NCBI GenBank assembly: GCA_040289575.1
Contig: PSLL01000052.1
Span: 1-10,429, forward strand
Length of the DNA stretch: 10,429 bases
Direction: 5' to 3'
Source of the DNA: Candidatus Dadabacteria bacterium
GTDB lineage: Bacteria; Desulfobacterota_D; UBA1144; Nemesobacterales; CSP1-2
Part shown: positions 1-6,333 of the stretch, one piece after another
How the letters are laid out: the number at the start of each line of letters is the position of its first letter
Numbering within the stretch: the first letter of the stretch is position 1
The notes under the pieces: model-generated
The model's input: only the letters and a program-made list of their open reading frames with translations
Database searches by the model: none
What the model was told of the DNA's origin: nothing
Program-made: the position numbers and the translations under genes

Positions 1-81
1 TATGGGCACTGGGGAATTGCGGCCATAATCATGAAGATAGATACTTAACTTAGGGGGACAGATGAGTAATGAGCTAAGAGA

Positions 82-1083
82 ATGGTGAGGTATAAGAAGT
101 CCTTACTCAACGACAAAGTAATACTGCTAACAGGAGGAACCGGGTCTTTTGGAAGAGCGTTTACTAAAATTGTTCTCAACGAGTACGGTCCAAAGGCAAT
201 TCGGATATTTTCAAGGGGTGAATATCTTCAAATGCAAATGCGTCAGCAATTTGGTGATGACCCACGGCTCCGCTTTTTCATAGGTGATGTACGCGATAAA
301 GACAGGGTATATCGCGCTATGGAAGAAGTCGACATAGTAGTTCATGCAGCAGCTTTAAAGCAGGTTCCCGCATGTGAGTACAATCCAATCGAAGCTGTCA
401 AGACGAATATTGAAGGGACTGCAAACGTTATCGATGCAGCCCTTGACAACAATATAGAAAGAGCTATTTTTATCAGCTCAGACAAAGCAGTAAACCCTAT
501 AAATCTATATGGGGCGACTAAGCTTGTTGCTGAGAAAATTTTTGTACAAGCTAACGCTTATCGGGGAACAGGCTCAACCCGCTTTAGTTGCGCTCGGTAT
601 GGCAATGTTGTGGGAAGCAGAGGTAGCGTTATTCCCCTGTTTTTACAACAACGTAAGAATGGTAAAGTGACGGTAACTGATTCACGAATGACGCGCTTTT
701 GGATTACGTTGGAACAGGGAGTACGTTTCGTCATTTGGTGTATAGAGCATATGCACGGAGGTGAGGTTTTTGTGCCCAAAATTCCTAGTATGAACATCAT
801 GGACCTGGTGAAAGCGATAGCTCCTGATTGTGAAGTAGAGTTTGTTGGTATTCGCCCAGGAGAAAAATTACATGAAGTCCTAATTTCGGAGGATGAGTCC
901 CGTCATACCTTAGAATTGGACAATATGTTCATTATCCAAAGCGCTCATCCTTGGTGGAAAGTGGAAAACTGGTCTGATGCGAGGCCTGTTCCTGAAGGAT
1001 TTCGATATGCTAGCAATACCAACGATCGTTGGTTGACGATTGAGGAGCTACAGCAAATGGTGCAGGAATTGGAACTAGAGTGA
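82..1083 (+). CDS. pseB: UDP-N-acetylglucosamine 4,6-dehydratase (inverting), PseB
   Basis: 333-aa ORF with TGGTGSFG Rossmann motif, GDVRD, HAAALKQVP, SSDKAVNPINLYGATK (SDR YxxxK plus the D-K pair), RYGNVVGSRGSV, RMTRFWITL and GIRPGEKLHE. First gene of a Pse-type set. Exact start is uncertain because the SD is weak. Confidence 0.93.
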   Translation: MVRYKKSLLNDKVILLTGGTGSFGRAFTKIVLNEYGPKAIRIFSRGEYLQMQMRQQFGDDPRLRFFIGDVRDKDRVYRAMEEVDIVVHAAALKQVPACEYNPIEAVKTNIEGTANVIDAALDNNIERAIFISSDKAVNPINLYGATKLVAEKIFVQANAYRGTGSTRFSCARYGNVVGSRGSVIPLFLQQRKNGKVTVTDSRMTRFWITLEQGVRFVIWCIEHMHGGEVFVPKIPSMNIMDLVKAIAPDCEVEFVGIRPGEKLHEVLISEDESRHTLELDNMFIIQSAHPWWKVENWSDARPVPEGFRYASNTNDRWLTIEELQQMVQELELE

Positions 1084-1088
1084 GGAGG
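1083..1088 (+). promoter_or_regulatory. Shine-Dalgarno for pseC
   Basis: AGGAGG overlapping the pseB stop, 6 nt before TTG 1095 and 12 nt before ATG 1101. Confidence 0.75.
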
Positions 1089-1094
1089 GAATAA

Positions 1095-2273
1095 TTGGAA
1101 ATGAAGGACAACGTTACTCAAAACAGGGTGATTCCTTATGGTCGTCAATGGGTAGATGAAGAAGATATCCAAGCTGTGATTGAAGTGTTGCGCTCAGATT
1201 GGTTGACAACGGGACCGAAGATAAGCGAGTTTGAGCAGGCCTGTGCTGAGGTAGTGGGGGCAACATATGCAATTGCCGTAAGCAGTGGCACAGCGGCACT
1301 GCATGCGGCAATTTGCGCCACTGGGGTCCAGCCCGGTGATGAAGTGATTGTCCCGGCGATGACCTTCGTGGCCACTGCCAATTGCGTAGTGTTCCAGGGC
1401 GGGACGCCGGTCTTTGTGGATGTCGACCCCGATACGCTTCTGATAGATCCTGAGCAGGTGAAGGCGAAGATCACCCCTCGCACGAAGGCAATAATTGCCG
1501 TGGACTATGCCGGGCAGCCCTGCGATTATGATGTGTTGCGGCAGATTGCCGATCAGTACGGGTTATTGCTGGTAGCGGATGCCTGTCATGCGCTGGGAGC
1601 AACATATAAGGGCCGCCCGGTGGGCTCCCTGGCTGATCTCACCACCTTTAGCTTTCATCCGGTAAAACATATCACGACCGGAGAAGGAGGGATGGTTACT
1701 ACGGACAACCCTGATTTTGCCGAGAGAATGCGCATATTTCGTAATCATGGTATTACTACCGATTATCACCAACGGGAGAAGCATGGAACCTGGTTTTATG
1801 AAATGGTTGACCTAGGATACAATTACCGCATCACAGACATCCAATGCGCTTTAGGCTTAAGTCAGCTCCGAAAACTAAAAGTGTGGGTGAAACGTCGGCA
1901 GGAAATAGCTCGGACATACGATGCTGCATTTTCGGAAATCCCAGAGGTCCGGCCGTTAATGGTTCGGTCGGACGTATCTCACGCTTACCATCTCTACGTG
2001 GTTCGATTTGATCTGCGACGATTGAAAGCAACAAGGGCGGAAATCTTCGCTGCTCTGCGCGCTGAAGGTATTGGCGTGAACGTCCATTACATCCCAGTGC
2101 ACCTCCATCCTTTCTATCGGCAAATGTTTGGAACTCGACTGGGTATGTGTCCTGTGGCGGAAGCGGCTTATGAGCAGATTATTAGCCTGCCGATATTCCC
2201 TCACATGTTGGACGATGATGTGAACAAGGTGATCGCTGCGGTAGTCAAAGTGATAAAAGTGTTTAGCACATGA
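1095..2273 (+). CDS. pseC: UDP-4-amino-4,6-dideoxy-N-acetyl-beta-L-altrosamine transaminase, PseC (DegT/DnrJ/EryC1/StrS family)
   Basis: IPYGRQWVDEEDI N-terminus, SSGTAALH, TFVATAN, DACHALGA, SFHPVKHITTGEGG (PLP lysine), LGYNYRITDIQCALG, VHYIPVH, ISLPIFP. Directly follows pseB. Start is TTG 1095 or ATG 1101. Confidence 0.92.
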   Translation: MEMKDNVTQNRVIPYGRQWVDEEDIQAVIEVLRSDWLTTGPKISEFEQACAEVVGATYAIAVSSGTAALHAAICATGVQPGDEVIVPAMTFVATANCVVFQGGTPVFVDVDPDTLLIDPEQVKAKITPRTKAIIAVDYAGQPCDYDVLRQIADQYGLLLVADACHALGATYKGRPVGSLADLTTFSFHPVKHITTGEGGMVTTDNPDFAERMRIFRNHGITTDYHQREKHGTWFYEMVDLGYNYRITDIQCALGLSQLRKLKVWVKRRQEIARTYDAAFSEIPEVRPLMVRSDVSHAYHLYVVRFDLRRLKATRAEIFAALRAEGIGVNVHYIPVHLHPFYRQMFGTRLGMCPVAEAAYEQIISLPIFPHMLDDDVNKVIAAVVKVIKVFST

Positions 2274-2305
2274 GGAGTTCAAGCGGTACAGCGGGAGGAG
2301 TAGAA

Positions 2306-2923
2306 ATGGGTGAGCAGCTGAAAATCTGGATGAGTGAATTCGGCAAATCCTGGACAGAGCGCAATTTAATAGATTGGCGTAAACGTCTCCCTGCCTTTAG
2401 GGACATGTTGAGATTATTACCTGTCAAGCGAGTGCTGGAAGTGGGATGCAATCGGGGTCATAACCTGATTGCCCTTGCCGAGCTTCTAGGCGAAGAGAGC
2501 GAGTTAGTGGGTGTTGAGCCCAATCGGTATGCGCTGGAGCTTGCTCGCGCCTCAAGCGTGAAGATAGGTGTCCTGTGGAGTCATGTGTTTGACCTGCCCT
2601 TCAGGGATGGTTATTTTGATCTAGTGTTTACTGCTGGAGTGCTGATCCATATCCCGTTGACGGATTTGCCTGCAGCTTTGGCGGAAATAGTCAGGGTTAG
2701 CAAGCGATATATTCTCGCTATAGAGTATTTTGCAGAAGAAGAAACGGCTATCCCCTATCGGGGATACGATAATCTGTTGTGGAAGCGGAACTTCCTGAAG
2801 CATTACCAGCGCCAGTTTCCAGAGCTATGTCTGGTTCGCAGCGGATACTGGGGACCTGAACATGGCTTTGACGGGACGCACTGGTGGCTCTTGGAAAAGC
2901 CTTTTGCTGGGGAACGGGAATGA
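2306..2923 (+). CDS. Pseudaminic acid biosynthesis-associated class I SAM-dependent methyltransferase
   Basis: WMSEFGKSWTERN N-terminus, VLEVGCNRGHNL (motif I), GVEPN, FDLVFTAGVLIHI, IEYF, YRG...LWKRNF, and a C-terminal WWLLEK match the Pse-associated methylase family as recalled. Start moved from 2270 to ATG 2306 because GGAGGAG lies at 2294-2300. Confidence 0.85.
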   Translation: MGEQLKIWMSEFGKSWTERNLIDWRKRLPAFRDMLRLLPVKRVLEVGCNRGHNLIALAELLGEESELVGVEPNRYALELARASSVKIGVLWSHVFDLPFRDGYFDLVFTAGVLIHIPLTDLPAALAEIVRVSKRYILAIEYFAEEETAIPYRGYDNLLWKRNFLKHYQRQFPELCLVRSGYWGPEHGFDGTHWWLLEKPFAGERE

Positions 2924-3216
2924 AGGTTGCGGCCATCATTGAGGGTCGTACGGGAAGCACCCAGTCGCCGAGAAAGCGAATGATAGCTCCGGCTGGCGAA
3001 CCCATGCTCGCAAGAGTAGTGGGTGAGTCGAGTTCGTTGGCCGCAAAAGGTGGCTCACGTTGTGGTTACCGCCACGGTCGACTCTAGGACCATGAGATTG
3101 TCAATTTTTGTTATGGGGAAATAATCACATTGCCCATCTTCCCACGCACGAGTGACGATGATGTTAGAAGTGTGATTGCTGCAGTGAGGCGCGTGGTGGA
3201 TCTACATCGAAGATGA
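2920..3216 (+). pseudogene. Chimeric pseudogene: decayed SpsF-type cytidylyltransferase N-terminus (2920-~3111) joined to a DegT/PseC-type aminotransferase C-terminus (~3112-3216)
   Basis: ATG 2920 overlaps the methylase stop and reads MKVAAIIEGRTGSTQSPRK..AGEPMLARVV. After a frameshift near 3020 it reads SRVRWPQKVAHVVVTATVDS. After a second shift near 3085 it reads DHEIVNFC, then YGEIITLPIFPRTSDDDVRSVIAAVRRVVDLHRR* (TGA 3214-3216). The parts align by eye to the N-terminus of the 4260 ORF and the C-terminus of PseC in this window. Confidence 0.85.
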
Positions 3217-4256
3217 AAACTGAAAATAGAAAAGGGTATCAAGGCATGGATACCGATGTAAATGGCTTTCTTGTCATAGGATGTGGTTCAATAGGCAAAC
3301 GGCATATAAGTAATTTGTTGAGCCTTAGCATAATGGATATTATTGTTTTTGATGTTCAGGCTTCGCGCCGTGAGGAAGCGAAAAAACGATTTGGTGTTAC
3401 TGCTGTGGAGACTCTTGAAGACGCATGGGTATACGAACCTGAGGTGGCAATTATTGCGGTGCCCAACAGTTTGCATATTCCCATAGCCTTGGAGGCTGCT
3501 GAGCACGGTTGTCATTTGTTTATCGAGAAGCCCCTTTCCCATACAATGGAAGGTGTCGACCGATTGTTAAGCTTGGTCGAGCGTAAGCGCCTGATTACCC
3601 TTGTTGGATGTAACATGCGCTTCCATCCGGCGATCAAACGCGTGAAGGAGTTATTAGATCAAGATGCAGTGGGGAAGGTGGTTGCCGCTCGCGTCGAGGT
3701 AGGGCAGTATTTGCCGGATTGGCATCCGTGGGAGGATTACCGGCAGATGTACAGCGCCCGACGTGACCTTGGAGGTGGAGTAATCCTGGACGCGATTCAC
3801 GAAATCGACTACATTGGCTGGCTGCTTGGTGAGGTGGAGGCTGTGGCTTGCTTTGCTGGGAAGCTCAGTTATCTCGAGATTGAGACGGAGGATACGGCGG
3901 GAATTCTCTTGCGTTTCACTAATGGAGCGATCGGAGAGGTCCATTTAGACTACGTACAGCGCGTATACAGTCGCACATGCCATATCATTGGCGATGAAGG
4001 AACCATCCGATGGGACTATTCATCCGGCGAGGTCCGTTGGTACTCGGCGGAGGCGGGCAAGTGGCAGATATTTACCAATCCCCCAGGTTGGGAGCCTAAT
4101 CAGATGTACTTAGACGAGATGCGACATTTCCTGCGATGCCTAACCGGCCAAGAGGAGCCAGTGTTGGACGTGTTTGAAGCGGCACGTGTGCTGGAAGTAG
4201 CGCTAGCTGCTAAGACGTCCTCTCAGACGGGCCAAGTGGTGAAACTTCGGAGGTAA
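3213..4256 (+). CDS. Gfo/Idh/MocA family NAD(P)-dependent oxidoreductase
   Basis: VIGCGSIGKRH Rossmann motif, HLFIEKPLS, VGCNMRFHP, GQYLPDWHP..DYR..YSA, GGGVILDAIHEIDY, ETED, VHLDY. Start is ATG 3213 (overlapping the pseudogene TGA) or ATG 3246. Confidence 0.9.
   Translation: MKTENRKGYQGMDTDVNGFLVIGCGSIGKRHISNLLSLSIMDIIVFDVQASRREEAKKRFGVTAVETLEDAWVYEPEVAIIAVPNSLHIPIALEAAEHGCHLFIEKPLSHTMEGVDRLLSLVERKRLITLVGCNMRFHPAIKRVKELLDQDAVGKVVAARVEVGQYLPDWHPWEDYRQMYSARRDLGGGVILDAIHEIDYIGWLLGEVEAVACFAGKLSYLEIETEDTAGILLRFTNGAIGEVHLDYVQRVYSRTCHIIGDEGTIRWDYSSGEVRWYSAEAGKWQIFTNPPGWEPNQMYLDEMRHFLRCLTGQEEPVLDVFEAARVLEVALAAKTSSQTGQVVKLRR
4249..4254 (+). promoter_or_regulatory. Shine-Dalgarno for the cytidylyltransferase-aminotransferase fusion
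   Basis: GGAGGT 5 nt upstream of ATG 4260, overlapping the end of the oxidoreductase gene. Confidence 0.75.
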
Positions 4257-4259
4257 AGC

Positions 4260-6326
4260 ATGGCGCGGAGGCCAAGGGTTGTTGCCATTGTACAGGCCCG
4301 TATGGGTTCCACGCGGCTTCCGGGCAAAGTGCTAGCTGAAATCGCCGGGCGCCCAATGCTCTGGTATGTGGTCGAACGAGTGCGCAGGGCCCGGACTGTG
4401 GACAAGGTCGTTGTAGCCACGACCGGCAACTCCGAAGATGATGCCATTGCTGCATTCTGTGCTGACAATTGCATCCAGTGTTTCCGGGGCAGCGAGATGG
4501 ATGTACTCGATCGGTTCTATCAGGCTGCCAAGCACTTCGGCGCAGATGTGGTGGTCCGGATCACAGGCGATTGTCCACTTATCGACCCGGAAGTTGTGGA
4601 TAAGGTGGTAGGCACGTATTTAGAAGGCGATTACGATTATGTGAGTAATACCCTGCGATATACATACCCCGATGGCTTGGATGTAGAGGTTTTCTCATTC
4701 GAGGCTTTGGAGCGGGCATGGAAGGAAGCACACTTGGCATCTCACAGGGAACATGTAACACCTTATATCCGTACCTCGGGAAAGTTCCGTGTTTTCAACG
4801 TAGAAAATGAGATAGACCTATCGAAAGAGAACTTACGATGGACCGTCGACGATCCCGCAGATCTCGAATTTGTAAGAGCTGTGTACTCTCGGCTTGGTAG
4901 AGGGCAGCGACCTTTTGGTCTTACAGATGTTCTCCAACTACTCAAGAGGGAGCCATATCTCATGGAAATCAACAAAAAAGCTATTCGCAATGAAGGCTAC
5001 TATCGGTCTTTGGTGAACGAGCTCCCTGTACCTCCAAGGAGTAAAGAGCTAAGGCGCTCTTACCTACTCAAAGAGAAGGCGGAACGGCTGATTCCCTCCT
5101 GCACCCAGACGTTCAGTAAAGGGCCTACACAGTTTGTCCAGGGAGTGGCACCGGTTTTCTTGGCACGTGCTCAGGGCAGTCATGTCTGGGATGTGGATGA
5201 GAACGAATACATTGATTACGCTATGGCTCTGGGGCCAATAATCCTAGGCTATAACTATCCGACTGTAACCGAGGCCGTAATGCGCCAAATGGAGAGTGGA
5301 ACGACATTTTCGTTGCCCCATCCACTGGAAGTGGAAGTGGCCGAACTGCTATGCGAGGTCATCCCTTGCGCTGAAATGGTGCGCTTCGGTAAGAACGGCT
5401 CCGATGCCACCTCAGGAGCAGTAAGAGTAGCGCGAGCTTATACAGGGCGTGACATAATTGCGTGCTGCGGCTACCATGGCTGGCAAGACTGGTACATCGG
5501 CACAACCACGCGCAATAGGGGAGTACCCGAAGCAGTGCGCCGTCTTACCATCCCATTTGAGTACAACAACATTGAGAGTTTAGAACGTATTTTCGCCGAG
5601 CATCCAGGCCAGGTGGCAGCAGTTATTATGGAACCAATTGGTGTTATGGGGCCTCAAGACAATTTCCTGCAAAAAGTACGAGCCTTGACGGAGCGAGAAG
5701 GCGCCTTGTTGATTTTCGATGAAGTGGTTACAGGCTTTCGATTAGCCTTAGGTGGAGCTCAGGAATATTTCGGGGTAATACCTGACTTGGCCTGTTTCGG
5801 TAAGGCCATGGCAAATGGCTATCCTTTGGCTGCCATTGTAGGGCGCCGCGAAATTATGGAGCTTTTTGACGAAGTGTTCTTCTCATTCACCTTTGGTGGG
5901 GAGACGCTTTCGTTGGCGGCTGCGAAGGCGACCATTACAGAGATGCAGCGAAAGAACGTTGTTGGTCACCTGTGGGAGCAAGGGATGAAACTGAAGGACG
6001 GTTACAATACACTTGCCCGCGAGTTCGGTGTGGAACGTTACACGGAGTGCATAGGCATACCTCCACGCACGGTGGTCGTCTTCAGGGGCGAGGAGGGCAA
6101 GGAGTCCGTGGTCCTAAAAAGCCTTTTCCAGCAAGAATGCCTCAAAAGAGGTGTGTTATTTACCGGTAGTCACAATGTTTGCTACAGCCATAGCGACGCA
6201 GACGTTGAGTACACCCTGCGGGTTTATCGAACAGCCTTAGAAGTACTTGCGGACGCCATTAAAGCGGGAGAGGTAGAGCAGAGACTTGAAGGAGAACCCG
6301 TACAACCGGTATTTCGTAGACCGTAA
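4260..6326 (+). CDS. Fusion of a SpsF-type (acylneuraminate-like) cytidylyltransferase and a class-III PLP aminotransferase (glutamate-1-semialdehyde aminomutase-like fold)
   Basis: N-terminal ~245 aa carry AIVQARMGSTRLPGKVL, FRGSEMDVLDRF, VRITGDCPLIDP, YPDGLDVEVF, REHVTPYI and RWTVDDPADL. C-terminal ~425 aa carry WDVDENEYID, RFGKNGSDA, GYHGWQDW, AAVIMEP, LIFDEVVTGFR, CFGKAMANGYP (PLP Lys) and SFTFGGE. One uninterrupted 688-aa frame. Confidence 0.9.
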   Translation: MARRPRVVAIVQARMGSTRLPGKVLAEIAGRPMLWYVVERVRRARTVDKVVVATTGNSEDDAIAAFCADNCIQCFRGSEMDVLDRFYQAAKHFGADVVVRITGDCPLIDPEVVDKVVGTYLEGDYDYVSNTLRYTYPDGLDVEVFSFEALERAWKEAHLASHREHVTPYIRTSGKFRVFNVENEIDLSKENLRWTVDDPADLEFVRAVYSRLGRGQRPFGLTDVLQLLKREPYLMEINKKAIRNEGYYRSLVNELPVPPRSKELRRSYLLKEKAERLIPSCTQTFSKGPTQFVQGVAPVFLARAQGSHVWDVDENEYIDYAMALGPIILGYNYPTVTEAVMRQMESGTTFSLPHPLEVEVAELLCEVIPCAEMVRFGKNGSDATSGAVRVARAYTGRDIIACCGYHGWQDWYIGTTTRNRGVPEAVRRLTIPFEYNNIESLERIFAEHPGQVAAVIMEPIGVMGPQDNFLQKVRALTEREGALLIFDEVVTGFRLALGGAQEYFGVIPDLACFGKAMANGYPLAAIVGRREIMELFDEVFFSFTFGGETLSLAAAKATITEMQRKNVVGHLWEQGMKLKDGYNTLAREFGVERYTECIGIPPRTVVVFRGEEGKESVVLKSLFQQECLKRGVLFTGSHNVCYSHSDADVEYTLRVYRTALEVLADAIKAGEVEQRLEGEPVQPVFRRP

Positions 6327-6333
6327 GGCCGAG

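Noticed and set aside
1..48. Possible 3' end of an upstream gene (YGHWGIAAIIMKIDT*)
   Set aside because: Too short to assign a frame or product.
3085..3087. In-frame TAG within 2920-3216 as possible readthrough/pyrrolysine giving a 98-aa protein
   Set aside because: Between ~3020 and 3085 the SpsF homology lies in a different frame and the catalytic motif is degraded, so compensating indels in a pseudogene explain it better.
2884..3087. 67-aa ORF from the track as a real small protein
   Set aside because: It overlaps the methylase and is the out-of-frame product of the SpsF-like pseudogene.
5050..6326. hemL (glutamate-1-semialdehyde aminomutase) for tetrapyrrole synthesis
   Set aside because: It is fused to a sugar cytidylyltransferase inside a glycan operon with no hem genes; only the fold is shared.
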